In this document: positions 9,910 through 19,784 of the stretch, piece by piece | Position numbering within the stretch: the stretch's first letter is position 1 | Layout: the number at the start of each line of letters is the position of its first letter | Origin: a virus | IMG/VR virus record: IMGVR_UViG_3300021185_003351 | Span: 96,001-160,000 of that record | DNA: 64,000 nucleotides | Direction: 5' to 3' (one strand) | Position numbers and translations under genes: made by a program | The notes under the pieces: model-generated | The model's input: only the letters and a program-made list of their open reading frames with translations | The model's database searches: none | Told to the model about the DNA's origin: nothing

Positions 9910-10558
9910 AAAAAGTATTGAATTAGTAAAAGAAGGATTTGCAAATGGTGTAGCATCCGGAGGCCCATTAGATGATTATCAAAAAAATGATATGATTCAA
10001 AAAGCTGCAAAAGCGTATGGTGAGTTTTTAGATGCTTTAAAATGCGATTGGAGAAATGATCCTAATTCAAATGATACTCCTAGAAGAGTAGCAAAAGCAT
10101 ATGTAAATGATTTATGGGCTGGAAGATATAATGGAGCTCCTAATATTACAGCATTTCCATCTGATGGATATGATGGTATGGTATTTGAAGGTGGTATTCC
10201 ATTAACATCAATGTGTTCTCACCATCATCAAACTATTATGGGTAAAGTTCATGTAGCTTATATTCCAGGTAAAGACAGTAAAGTTATTGGATTATCAAAA
10301 TTAAATAGATTAGTAGAACATTTTGGTAGAAGAGGAGCAATACAAGAACAATTAACAGTTGCAATTCATAATTCAATTAATACTATTATTAATGATAATA
10401 ATGGTGTTGCTGTTATGATAGATGCAACTCATAATTGTGTTTCATGTAGAGGAGTTAAACATGGCGGAGCATCAATGAAAACAAGTAAGCTTACAGGCGC
10501 ATTTAAAAATGATCCTGCAACTAGAAATGAGTTTTATGAATTTATAAGAAGTTATTAA
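9899..10558 (+). CDS. folE: GTP cyclohydrolase I
   Basis: TPRRVAK, SMCSHH, GLSKLNR, IQEQLT, HNCVSCRG. Confidence 0.95.
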   Translation: MTTKKSIELVKEGFANGVASGGPLDDYQKNDMIQKAAKAYGEFLDALKCDWRNDPNSNDTPRRVAKAYVNDLWAGRYNGAPNITAFPSDGYDGMVFEGGIPLTSMCSHHHQTIMGKVHVAYIPGKDSKVIGLSKLNRLVEHFGRRGAIQEQLTVAIHNSINTIINDNNGVAVMIDATHNCVSCRGVKHGGASMKTSKLTGAFKNDPATRNEFYEFIRSY

Positions 10559-10713
10559 TGAATCAACCAAATGCAAAAAAACATCAAACAATAAGTTTTA
10601 TTAAAAGTTGTATTAGAATAATAGGTTATTTTTTTATACCATTTAGTTTAATAACAGCAACAATAATATTAGTAATAAGTGAAATTATAGGAATAATAGA
10701 AGAATTAGTATAA
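10558..10713 (+). CDS. Small membrane protein; not in ORF track
   Basis: 51 aa (MNQPNAKKHQTISFIKSCIRIIGYFFIPF...IIEELV), coupled by TAATG at both ends. Confidence 0.6.
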   Translation: MNQPNAKKHQTISFIKSCIRIIGYFFIPFSLITATIILVISEIIGIIEELV

Positions 10714-11180
10714 TGAGTAAATTTAAATCAACAAAAATATTTGACGGATTTAGTACAGTATTTCGTCAATTTGGAGCTATTGAAACACACTGCAGATTTT
10801 TACATGGATATGCAATTGAATTTAAAGTAACATTTGAAGGAGAATTAGATCACAGAAATTGGGTATGGGATTTCGGAGGAATGAAAAGGTCTAAAACAAA
10901 AATTGATGGAATGTCTGCAAAAGAATGGATGGATTATATGTTTGATCATACTACAATAATAGCAGAAGATGATCCATACCTAGAAACATTTTTAAAAATG
11001 CAAGATGATGGACTTATTCAATTAAGAGTTATGGAAGGACCGACTGGAGCAGAAAAGTTTGCAGAATACATATTTAATAAATTAAATGATTTTGTAAAAG
11101 AAGAAACTACAGATAGAGTAAAAATAGCTCGAGTAGAATTTTTTGAAAATAAAAAAAATACAGCTATATATGGAGAATAA
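10713..11180 (+). CDS. queD: 6-carboxy-5,6,7,8-tetrahydropterin synthase
   Basis: HCRFLHGY, WDFG, FDHT, C-terminal E...N; sits between folE and queE. Confidence 0.9.
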   Translation: MSKFKSTKIFDGFSTVFRQFGAIETHCRFLHGYAIEFKVTFEGELDHRNWVWDFGGMKRSKTKIDGMSAKEWMDYMFDHTTIIAEDDPYLETFLKMQDDGLIQLRVMEGPTGAEKFAEYIFNKLNDFVKEETTDRVKIARVEFFENKKNTAIYGE

Positions 11181-12033
11181 CCTAATATATGAATCTCCTA
11201 ATGGAGGCAAAACAGTATATCAACGAGAAATTGGATCTTCTAAAAGAAAGATACAAAGTAGATTAAAAAGAATAGAAGATTATAATAAAGTATTACCAGT
11301 TTTAGAAGTATATAGATGTGTACAATCAGAAGGTTCTAGATTTGGTAGACCAACTATTGCAGTTAGAACTACAGGCTGTACCCATAGATGTTATTTTGGA
11401 GAAGGCGGTTGGTGTGATTCTTGGTATACAAGCATTCACCCAGAAAAAGGTACATTTACTTTTAATGATATTATTAAGATATATGATGATAATCCCCATG
11501 TAAAGGAAATGATGTTAACAGGTGGTTCACCTACAATGCATCCTGCTTTAGTAAATGAAATAACACATTTTGCAAATGAAAGAAACATTTTGGTTACAAT
11601 TGAAACAGAAGGCTCTCACTTTCTTGAAACAGACTATCCTTTGGATCTTATTAGTCTTAGTCCTAAATTTAGTAACAGTGTGCCTGTACTTGGTGCTGTT
11701 ACACCTAACGGGGCTATCGCCGATGAGCGAATGATTAAAGTTCACAATAGACTTAGATTAAATAAGGAAGCTATTAGTAAAACAATTGCATATCATAAAG
11801 ATTATCATTTCAAGCCAGTATGGGATGGCACAAATGAAAATCTAGAAGAAATTGAGACATTTAGAGTTGAAATGGATATTCCAAAAAATAAAACATTTAT
11901 AATGCCAGCTGGTGATACTAGAGAAACATTAGTAAAAATGTATCCATTAGTATTTGAATTATGTGCTGAAAAAGGATATAATATGACAGGTAGAGACCAC
12001 ATTATAGCATATGACACAGAAAGAGGAGTGTAA
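11170..12033 (+). CDS. queE: 7-carboxy-7-deazaguanine synthase (radical SAM)
   Basis: VQSEG...G.PTIAVRTTGC, CxxxC(x7)C-D-S, LTGGSP, IETEG, SLSPK; ATG at 11170 preferred over TTG at 11143. Confidence 0.9.
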   Translation: MENNLIYESPNGGKTVYQREIGSSKRKIQSRLKRIEDYNKVLPVLEVYRCVQSEGSRFGRPTIAVRTTGCTHRCYFGEGGWCDSWYTSIHPEKGTFTFNDIIKIYDDNPHVKEMMLTGGSPTMHPALVNEITHFANERNILVTIETEGSHFLETDYPLDLISLSPKFSNSVPVLGAVTPNGAIADERMIKVHNRLRLNKEAISKTIAYHKDYHFKPVWDGTNENLEEIETFRVEMDIPKNKTFIMPAGDTRETLVKMYPLVFELCAEKGYNMTGRDHIIAYDTERGV

Positions 12034-12164
12034 TGGATGAAGCATTATTACTACTGGATGAAATAGAAGAAAATGTTAATATTTGTTGTGCAATAACAAT
12101 GGATCCTGATGAAGTTCAGGAAATGATAGATAAATTACGAAGTATATTAGAAAACATAAAATAA
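12033..12164 (+). CDS. Small acidic hypothetical protein; not in ORF track
   Basis: 43 aa MDEALLLLDEIEENVNICCAITMDPDEVQEMIDKLRSILENIK; TAATG coupling. Confidence 0.5.
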   Translation: MDEALLLLDEIEENVNICCAITMDPDEVQEMIDKLRSILENIK

Positions 12165-12174
12165 AGGAAAAGTT

Positions 12175-12471
12175 ATGAAAATGAAACCAATTGGAGATCA
12201 AGTTTTAATAAAAGAACAAGAAAAAGCTGATAAAACAGAAAGTGGAATAATATTAGTAGATGGTATAGACGGAGAATTTATATATGCAGATGTTATATCT
12301 GTAGGTAATGGATTATTTACTCAAACTGGAAATAGAATACCAATGTCAGTCTCTCCGGGAGATACTGTTTTAATACATAAAAATAATACTGGTGCACAAA
12401 AGAAAGTAAAAATTGATGGTACGGAATATATATTAGTAAGAGAAATGGAAATATCCATGGTTTCAAACTAA
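12175..12471 (+). CDS. groES: Co-chaperonin GroES
   Basis: KPIGDQVLI, KTESGIIL, V.SVG.G, V.PGD.V. Confidence 0.92.
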   Translation: MKMKPIGDQVLIKEQEKADKTESGIILVDGIDGEFIYADVISVGNGLFTQTGNRIPMSVSPGDTVLIHKNNTGAQKKVKIDGTEYILVREMEISMVSN

Positions 12472-12472
12472 T

Positions 12473-13111
12473 ATGTTAAAAATAAAAAAAGATAAAAATG
12501 TTATAAAGTCTAAAATGCCAAAGGGGCAAGCAACTGTTGTAGCATTTATTTATTACATCCTAATAATGTCTTTATATTTTTTATTTACGTCATGTAAAAA
12601 AATAGACGAAAATGGATTTAAAACATATATTATCGATCAAGGAAGTCATTATTCAAATGGTAAACTAGATAAATTATATGGCAATGATAATAAAGAAAAT
12701 TCATGGCAATGGCAAGTTATTTTTGATAGCTCAGCTATATACGAAACGCAGAATCCATTAAATCAATTAGATGTTAATAAATTAATAGGATTTTCAGATT
12801 GCGGAAATCATCATTCAACATCATCTCATCGAATTGGATGGAGATATAATAACGGATTAGAATTATTATCATATAATCGCAATGATGGCAATTTTTTGTT
12901 TCAATCAATTAGTACGATTACTATTAATGACATTATAAATATTGAGATGTCATTCTCAAATGAAACCTATATAGTATGTATAGATGGAATTTGTGACACA
13001 ATGCCAAGATATTGTTCAAATTGGTCCGGTCGTAAGTTTGCACTTTGGCCATATTTTGGAGGAGACGAACCAGCTCCTCATGATATAACGATTAAAATAA
13101 AAAATATATAA
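12473..13111 (+). CDS. Putative lipoprotein with concanavalin-like beta-sandwich
   Basis: Hydrophobic stretch ending FTSC (lipobox); C-terminal LWPYFGG..PAPH. Confidence 0.45.
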   Translation: MLKIKKDKNVIKSKMPKGQATVVAFIYYILIMSLYFLFTSCKKIDENGFKTYIIDQGSHYSNGKLDKLYGNDNKENSWQWQVIFDSSAIYETQNPLNQLDVNKLIGFSDCGNHHSTSSHRIGWRYNNGLELLSYNRNDGNFLFQSISTITINDIINIEMSFSNETYIVCIDGICDTMPRYCSNWSGRKFALWPYFGGDEPAPHDITIKIKNI

Positions 13112-13773
13112 TGCCAGATAATAAAGACAAAAATCCTCCGAAAGGAAACATAAAATTTAATATTACATTATCAGATGAACAAAAATTAGCTAAAGCTGAG
13201 ATATTACACCATCCTTACAATTTTATTATAGGTAAGGCTGGAAGTGGAAAAACCTTATTAGCAGTACAGGTTGCATTGGATATGTTTTTTAAAAGAAGTG
13301 TTAATCAAATTATTATTACTAGACCAACTGTATCAAATGAAGATAATGGTTATTTACCTGGATCATTAAATGAAAAAATGGAACCTTGGTTAGTACCAAT
13401 TCGTTCTAATATGAGAAAAGTTTATAATAAACCAGCTATACTTGAAAAAATGGAAAATGATGAAAATATTGAGTTAGTATCGTTATCCCATTTTAGAGGC
13501 AGGACATTTGAAAATGCTTGTGTGATTATAGACGAGTTTCAAAATTTAACTAAACAACAACTAGGGATGGTATTAGGTAGATTAGGTAAAAACTCAACTA
13601 TGATATTAACAGGCGACCCACAACAAATAGATTTAAAATTTGGTAATGACTCAGCTATACATGATGTTCCTAAAGTAAAAGATTCAAAATTTGTTCATGC
13701 TGTTACTTTAAAGGATAATCATCGACATTCAGCACTAAACGAAGTATTGAGATTATTACAATCATATTCATAA
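13111..13773 (+). CDS. phoH: PhoH-family ATPase
   Basis: GKAGSGKT, ITRP, GYLPG, RGRTF, IDEFQN, GDPQQID. Confidence 0.93.
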   Translation: MPDNKDKNPPKGNIKFNITLSDEQKLAKAEILHHPYNFIIGKAGSGKTLLAVQVALDMFFKRSVNQIIITRPTVSNEDNGYLPGSLNEKMEPWLVPIRSNMRKVYNKPAILEKMENDENIELVSLSHFRGRTFENACVIIDEFQNLTKQQLGMVLGRLGKNSTMILTGDPQQIDLKFGNDSAIHDVPKVKDSKFVHAVTLKDNHRHSALNEVLRLLQSYS

Positions 13774-13775
13774 AC

Positions 13776-13804
13776 TTGGATATTACATAATTATTTCTTA
13801 TTAT
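13776..13804 (+). promoter_or_regulatory. TTGGAT-N17-TATTAT promoter
   Basis: Intergenic, 17-nt spacer. Confidence 0.6.
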
Positions 13805-13815
13805 ATAATAAAAAT

Positions 13816-14850
13816 ATGATTAGATATGGTTATGCATGTGTCAATCAGACACTAACAAGTAGACCCAAGAATGAAGGTGGTAGAGTTACTACTTCAAGGA
13901 CTGCACGTAAAGCTTCTTGGTATCCCGATAATTTACAGCTTATTTCAGATAAAGCATTAGACAATGCTAAAGATTTACTTACTTATCTGAAATGGAATGA
14001 CGACCATGGTATTACTTTATTTCGTGTAGGCTCCGAATTATTTCCATGGCATGATCAATATGAATTACATGATTTACCTGACTTTGAAGAAATTGCTTAT
14101 CACTTGCATGCAGCTGGAGAATTTGCTAGAGACAATGGACATAGACTAACTACTCATCCTGGACCGTTCCATGTATTAGGTTCTCCTAGGCAAGATGTTG
14201 TAGAAAAAAGTATTATTGGTCTAGAACGACACTCTGAAATGTTTGATATTATGGGTTATGAGCCGTCCTTTGAGAATAAGATTAATATACATGTTGCTGG
14301 CGCATATGGTGATCGTGAAGCTACTGCTAAGCGGTGGATCAAGACCTGGAGACGATTATCTGAGTCTTGTAGATCTAGATTAGTACTAGAGAATGATGAT
14401 AAGGCATCTATGTATAGTGTAAGGCATCTATACGAGCTTATACACCAAGAAATTGGTATTCCCATTACATTTGACTATTGGCATCATACCTTTTGTACAG
14501 GCGATTTATCTGAACGTGAGGCATTCTTTATGGCAAGATCTACTTGGGAGAAGTATGGTGTAACTCAATGTACTCATTATTCTGAGTCTAGACGAAACGA
14601 AAAAAAAGCTTTCTTGAATGAAGTATGTAGCAAGCATGGTATTTCGTGGGATGAAATTGATAGCTGGCCTACCTTTGCAAAGTTCAAGAAAGAATTCTCA
14701 AAGATAAAAGAGCCTGCCCATGCAGATTATATTGTGAATACTCCTAATACTTATAATGTTGATAATCTAGACATAGTAGTTGAAGCTAAGGCAAAAGAGT
14801 TAGCTATTTTACCGGTATTGGAAAAACAAAAAGAATTACTTATATTATAA
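13816..14850 (+). CDS. uvsE: UV-damage endonuclease
   Basis: GYAC, LFRVGS, THPG, INIH, LENDD, FDYWHH, HYSES, AHAD, EAKAKE. Confidence 0.93.
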   Translation: MIRYGYACVNQTLTSRPKNEGGRVTTSRTARKASWYPDNLQLISDKALDNAKDLLTYLKWNDDHGITLFRVGSELFPWHDQYELHDLPDFEEIAYHLHAAGEFARDNGHRLTTHPGPFHVLGSPRQDVVEKSIIGLERHSEMFDIMGYEPSFENKINIHVAGAYGDREATAKRWIKTWRRLSESCRSRLVLENDDKASMYSVRHLYELIHQEIGIPITFDYWHHTFCTGDLSEREAFFMARSTWEKYGVTQCTHYSESRRNEKKAFLNEVCSKHGISWDEIDSWPTFAKFKKEFSKIKEPAHADYIVNTPNTYNVDNLDIVVEAKAKELAILPVLEKQKELLIL

Positions 14851-14852
14851 TT

Positions 14853-15080
14853 ATGATAGACTTATTAGGATGGATTAGTACTGGATTAGTATTATTAGGG
14901 TATGTTTATAATGCTCGCCAATTAACTATATATGCAATGATTGCATGGATTATAGGAGATACAGGATGGATAATATATGATTTCTTTATCGATAATTTTA
15001 GTCATCTAGTACTAAGTTTTGTTATTATATCAATTAATATATACGGAATGTATAACATAAAAAAAGCAGAAAAACAATAA
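14853..15080 (+). CDS. Small 3-TM membrane protein (PnuC/PQ-loop-like)
   Basis: Three hydrophobic helices, GW...NIYG pattern. Confidence 0.5.
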   Translation: MIDLLGWISTGLVLLGYVYNARQLTIYAMIAWIIGDTGWIIYDFFIDNFSHLVLSFVIISINIYGMYNIKKAEKQ

Positions 15081-17600
15081 ATGTATCAAAATATAGCATA
15101 TCATAAGAAAACTGGCACAATGCATGTATGGGATGACGAATTAGGTCATAAAACTTTTAAGTTTACTCCATATGGATATATTCCAGATACAAATGGAGAA
15201 TATGTATCACTAAATGGCACTAAATTATCAAAGACTCCAGGCAATCATAGAGATAATTCAGATGCATATGAATCTGATTTAAATGAAGAGGTTAGAACAT
15301 TAATAGACTTATATTATGAGTCTGATTTAGTATCCACTGGTCATTCCGACTTCTTTTTTGATATTGAAACAGCAAAAGATGCAGATGGATATTCTACTCC
15401 AGAAGATGTTAGAACCGAAATAACATCAATAGCATATTATGACAAAGTTGGCAAAGATAGGAGAGTATTAGTATTGGATAAAGCAAACAGATTATCTGAT
15501 GACATTATATACGGTGATAACTATACTGTTGAGGTATTTGATAATGAAGCAAATTTGCTAATTAAATTTATTAACTATTTTTCAGAAATACAACCTACTG
15601 TTATAACTGGCTGGAATACTGATGGGTATGATATTCCATATCTTATTAATAGAATTAAAAAAGTATTAGGTCCTAAGTCTGCCAATAAATTATCTCCAGC
15701 TGGAATTGTAGAATGGAATAAACATCGTGAAAGATATAAAATATTTGGAGTTTCTAGTTTAGATTATATTAAATTATATAAAAACTTCACATATACAGAA
15801 CTTCCTAATTATAGATTAGATACAGTAGGTAAAACAGAGTTAGGTAAAGGTAAAATTGAATATGATGGTGACTTAGATGATTTATTTGTTTCAGACATTA
15901 ACAAGTTCATAGAATATAATATGACTGATGTTGATCTTGTATATGAGTTGGATGAAAAATTACAATTAATCAACTTAGCAAGAACTATATGCCATAAAGG
16001 ACATGTTCCATATGAAGATGTTTATTACGCATCTAAATATCTTGATGGTGCAGCTATTGTAGATTTAAAAAGAAACGGATTAGTAGCTCCAAATAAACAA
16101 TTTAGATTTGTTGAAGATGAAGAGCAGAATAAATTAGCCGGTGCATATGTTATGCCTCCTATACCAGGCCTATATAAATGGATATACGATTTAGATTTAA
16201 CATCTCTATATCCATCCATCATAATGAGCCTTAATATATCTCCAGAAACTAAAATAGGTGTTATTCCAAATTGGAAACAAGAATCATTGCTAAGTAAAGA
16301 GCCTGTTAGTGTAGTATGTAACGGCCAGACTATTCCAGATATTAAACAATGGCTAATTGATAATAAATTTACTGTTGCAAGTAATGGAGTAGTATATGAT
16401 ACTAGAAGTAAAGGATTCTTACCAAAGATATTAGAAAAATGGTTTGATGAACGTGTTAAATTTAAAAATGAACGAGATAATCATGAAGTAGGAAGTGATA
16501 AGTATAAATTTTATGATGCAATGCAATTAACACAAAAAGTATTGTTAAATTCATTTTATGGAGTATTAGGATTAAAGACATTTAGATTTCATGATTTAGA
16601 TAACGCAGGAGCTATCACAGCAACTGGCCAAAGTGTTATTAAATTTTCTGCAAAAGTTATTAATGGGTACTATAAGAAAGAAGTTGGTAAAGATTATTTT
16701 ATTAATGCTAATGGCAATAAAGCAGAATTTTCATTCTATACAGATACAGATTCAACATTTGTATCTAGTTTACCTTTAATAGAAAAAAGATATCCTGGAT
16801 TTGATGAATCTGATGAAAAGTTTATGATTGAAAAAACAAATGAAATAGCATCTGAAATACAATCGCATGTAAATAAAATGTATGATCAATATGCAGTTCA
16901 TTTTCATAATACATTTGATCATAGATGGCAAATTAAACAAGAATATGTTGCTAAGTCTGGTCTGTGGATAGCAAAAAAGAGATATGCTCAGTGGGTAATA
17001 TTTAAAGAAGGTAAACCTACGGATAAAATGGATATAAAAGGATTAGACGTAGTCAGATCATCTTTCCCTACTGAATTTAAAACTATAATGAAAGAAACAT
17101 TATGGTATATACTCAAAGAAAAGTCAAAGAATGCCACAACTAACTTAATAATGGATTTCAAAGACAAAATACAAGATTCTCCAATATTGGATGTCATGAA
17201 GAATACAGGTGTTAAAAATATCACAAAGTATACTAAAGGAAGAAAAACATTATCTGGATATCCATTAGGAACCCCAGTACATGTTAAATCTTCAATAAAT
17301 TACAATGATATGCTTAAACATTTAGGTATAAATAAAAATGCAAAAAACTTTGCAGATATACAAAATGGAGATAAGATTAAATGGGCGTATCTTAAAACAA
17401 ATCAAATGGGGTTTGATACCATTGCACTTAGAGGTTATGAAGATCCAACCCAAATAACAGAATTTGTTGAAAAATTTATTGATAGAAATAAAATATTTGA
17501 CAGAGAGATACGTGGAAAGTTAGATGACTTTTACGCATCAATGAATTGGGATAAACTTCCTGAAAATAATAATATGAATAAGTTCTTTTCATTTGGATAA
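15081..17600 (+). CDS. Family B DNA polymerase
   Basis: Exonuclease FDIET, GWN...YDIPY, YNMTDV; polymerase DLTSLYPS, KVLLNSFYG, YTDTDS, KKRY, KGLD. Confidence 0.96.
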   Translation: MYQNIAYHKKTGTMHVWDDELGHKTFKFTPYGYIPDTNGEYVSLNGTKLSKTPGNHRDNSDAYESDLNEEVRTLIDLYYESDLVSTGHSDFFFDIETAKDADGYSTPEDVRTEITSIAYYDKVGKDRRVLVLDKANRLSDDIIYGDNYTVEVFDNEANLLIKFINYFSEIQPTVITGWNTDGYDIPYLINRIKKVLGPKSANKLSPAGIVEWNKHRERYKIFGVSSLDYIKLYKNFTYTELPNYRLDTVGKTELGKGKIEYDGDLDDLFVSDINKFIEYNMTDVDLVYELDEKLQLINLARTICHKGHVPYEDVYYASKYLDGAAIVDLKRNGLVAPNKQFRFVEDEEQNKLAGAYVMPPIPGLYKWIYDLDLTSLYPSIIMSLNISPETKIGVIPNWKQESLLSKEPVSVVCNGQTIPDIKQWLIDNKFTVASNGVVYDTRSKGFLPKILEKWFDERVKFKNERDNHEVGSDKYKFYDAMQLTQKVLLNSFYGVLGLKTFRFHDLDNAGAITATGQSVIKFSAKVINGYYKKEVGKDYFINANGNKAEFSFYTDTDSTFVSSLPLIEKRYPGFDESDEKFMIEKTNEIASEIQSHVNKMYDQYAVHFHNTFDHRWQIKQEYVAKSGLWIAKKRYAQWVIFKEGKPTDKMDIKGLDVVRSSFPTEFKTIMKETLWYILKEKSKNATTNLIMDFKDKIQDSPILDVMKNTGVKNITKYTKGRKTLSGYPLGTPVHVKSSINYNDMLKHLGINKNAKNFADIQNGDKIKWAYLKTNQMGFDTIALRGYEDPTQITEFVEKFIDRNKIFDREIRGKLDDFYASMNWDKLPENNNMNKFFSFG

Positions 17601-17621
17601 TTCAATAAAATTAATTATAAT
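17593..17621 (+). promoter_or_regulatory. TTGGAT-N17-TATAAT promoter
   Basis: Exact match at the head of the DNA-modification cassette. Confidence 0.65.
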
Positions 17622-17632
17622 AAAGAAAAAAT

Positions 17633-18085
17633 ATGTACGGTAAGCATCAATGGAAAGGTAGAGAAGTAGAAGGTCGTTATTCAGATCTTATGACTTTCTT
17701 CGTAAGAGACTTAAATCATAATATTAAAAAAACTTATGGTTTAGAAGTAGAAAATTTTAATGAATATCCTCATTATTATTTTACAATTGAATTCATGAAA
17801 AAGTCTATGAAAGACGAAAAATATTTGGAAAGTATTAGACGTATATTAGATGAATCAAATTGTGCTGTAACTATAGAAGCTACTAAAGACACTTTAGACA
17901 CAATTAAACCAGACTTATTTAATAGATGTCATATTATATATAGAATTTCAGATCCTTATTTAGAAATGCTTAAAGACACTGACACATTATCAATCGATGC
18001 AGGTTGGTATAGAGTTCATCAAGTAACTAAATGTAATATGATGGAAATTCAACCAGATAACTATAAATTTGACGAAGAAATATGA
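17633..18085 (+). CDS. Hypothetical protein, first gene of the deazaguanine cassette
   Basis: 150 aa; G.EVEG...TFFV and HYYF motifs; overlaps next gene (ATGA). Confidence 0.6.
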   Translation: MYGKHQWKGREVEGRYSDLMTFFVRDLNHNIKKTYGLEVENFNEYPHYYFTIEFMKKSMKDEKYLESIRRILDESNCAVTIEATKDTLDTIKPDLFNRCHIIYRISDPYLEMLKDTDTLSIDAGWYRVHQVTKCNMMEIQPDNYKFDEEI

Positions 18086-18429
18086 AATATTCAGTAGTTG
18101 TATCATTTAGCGTAGAAGGATTTCATTGTTGGCCAGAAGCTAAAGAAATTTTCCCGGAAGTTGGATTTTTATCTGACAGACATAGGCATATGTTTGGATT
18201 CCGTTGCTATGCAAAAGTAACACATACAGATAGAGATGAAGAATTTATTTTAATGCAAAGAAAATTAAAAAAACAACTAAGAACTAATTTTGGTGGTAAT
18301 ATATTAGAATTTGGTAGAATGAGTTGTGAAGATATAGGCGCTTGGATTTTAGAACAAAATAATAATTTGTATAAAGTAGAAGTTTGGGAAGATTGGGAAA
18401 ACGGAGCAATAGTAGAATTAGGTTATTAA
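18082..18429 (+). CDS. dpdL: QueD-paralogous T-fold protein, DpdL-like (candidate CDG decarboxylase)
   Basis: EGFHCW, LSDRHRHMF (LxxxHRHxF in place of QueD CxxxHGH), RD.EFI, SCE, EDxENGA. Confidence 0.65.
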   Translation: MKYSVVVSFSVEGFHCWPEAKEIFPEVGFLSDRHRHMFGFRCYAKVTHTDRDEEFILMQRKLKKQLRTNFGGNILEFGRMSCEDIGAWILEQNNNLYKVEVWEDWENGAIVELGY

Positions 18430-18430
18430 T

Positions 18431-19618
18431 ATGAAAAAAGTATTTTATTTTGGTTTAGAGCCTTTAAAGGCTAGATATACATATCAGTTATCTAAAGAAT
18501 GGATGCCGGCAACATTCCAGCCATATGTTGATGCAGGTAAAATTGAATATATTGATGTAGAAGGAGAATTTGATCCAGATCAACAAATTAAAATTGGAGC
18601 TGTATTAGATGCAGTAGGTAGAGGTAAGTTTGCTATGAGTCAATGTAGCAACTTTTTAGATATGATGAATCGAGATGAGGTTAGAGACGGAGATGTTATA
18701 TTTTTACAAGACTATTGGCATCCAGGTATCGGATCTATTTTGTATGCAGCTGATTTATATGGTATTAAATTGGAAATATATGCAATGTTACATGCTCAAA
18801 GTGTAGATGAATATGATTTTACATATCCTATGAGAACATGGATGCGAGGTTTTGAATTAGGTTTAGACAAAAGAATGACAGGTATATTTGTAGGATCTAG
18901 TATTCATAAAGAACAACTACGAGTAGCTGGATTTGAATCTCCAATACATGTTGTTTCATTACCAATTCATAAACAAGCTACATTAGACAAATTGCCTAGT
19001 TATAACTCCGGTGCAGAAAGAAAACCATTTGTTGTATACTCTAGCAGATTAGACAAAGAGAAAAATCCATTTTTCATGATGGAAGTAGCAACAGAATTTC
19101 TACAAGAATATACAGATTGGGAATGGCACATAACTACCTCAGGCAAAGAGTTTAGATCAATGTTACCAGGCGTTATTGATAAATTAAGATCATTAGCAAA
19201 ACAAGAGCCTAGATTTAAATTATTAGAAGGATTAACAAAAGAAGAATATTATACAGAGTTATCTACTTGCAGTATACAGTTTAATTCAGCTTTACAAGAT
19301 TATGTATCATGGACTGTAATTGAAGCTACTGCTTTTGGAGCAGATATTGTATATCCTAATTTTAGATCATTTCCAGAATTTATTGACAGTAAAAGAATGT
19401 ATAAACCATTTAATGTACAATCTGCATTAGATACATTTAGTGATGTAATGCTGTTTCCTAATAGACACAATGAAATAGTAGATATATCTGATCTAGGTAG
19501 ACAAATGGAAGGATACATTGTAGCAAATGGTATTAATCAAGAAATTAATGTTTGGCATGAAGCCGAATATTGTAAAATTTTATTAAATAAAAAAGAGGAA
19601 AAACATGAAAATAGATAA
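18431..19618 (+). CDS. GT-B fold glycosyltransferase (putative DNA-base glycosyltransferase)
   Basis: SSRLDKEKNP, L.KEEYY, QDYVSWTVIEA..FG...YP...SFPE; embedded between the dpdL-like and dpdA-like genes. Confidence 0.75.
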   Translation: MKKVFYFGLEPLKARYTYQLSKEWMPATFQPYVDAGKIEYIDVEGEFDPDQQIKIGAVLDAVGRGKFAMSQCSNFLDMMNRDEVRDGDVIFLQDYWHPGIGSILYAADLYGIKLEIYAMLHAQSVDEYDFTYPMRTWMRGFELGLDKRMTGIFVGSSIHKEQLRVAGFESPIHVVSLPIHKQATLDKLPSYNSGAERKPFVVYSSRLDKEKNPFFMMEVATEFLQEYTDWEWHITTSGKEFRSMLPGVIDKLRSLAKQEPRFKLLEGLTKEEYYTELSTCSIQFNSALQDYVSWTVIEATAFGADIVYPNFRSFPEFIDSKRMYKPFNVQSALDTFSDVMLFPNRHNEIVDISDLGRQMEGYIVANGINQEINVWHEAEYCKILLNKKEEKHENR

Positions 19619-19784
19619 ACAAGGTTTAGAAGAAATTAGAAGTACTATTGAAACTCCCTTTAAAGCTTTAGCAGAACAGCTAAGTGATAAAGGATGTTTA
19701 GATAAACAATCTGCAGAAATAGTAACATTTATATTTTCGAAAATTGAAACTCTCGGAGATTCATCATGGGAAGTAATTGATTAA
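19605..19784 (+). CDS. Small hypothetical protein; not in ORF track
   Basis: 59 aa (MKIDKQGLEEIRSTIETPFKALAEQL...WEVID); overlaps the GT end and is TAATG-coupled to dpdA. Confidence 0.55.
   Translation: MKIDKQGLEEIRSTIETPFKALAEQLSDKGCLDKQSAEIVTFIFSKIETLGDSSWEVID

Noticed and set aside
3861-17600. Inteins or introns in UvsX, helicase, NrdJ or PolB
   Set aside because: Lengths are normal, motifs are contiguous, and no splice-junction or homing-endonuclease motifs are evident.
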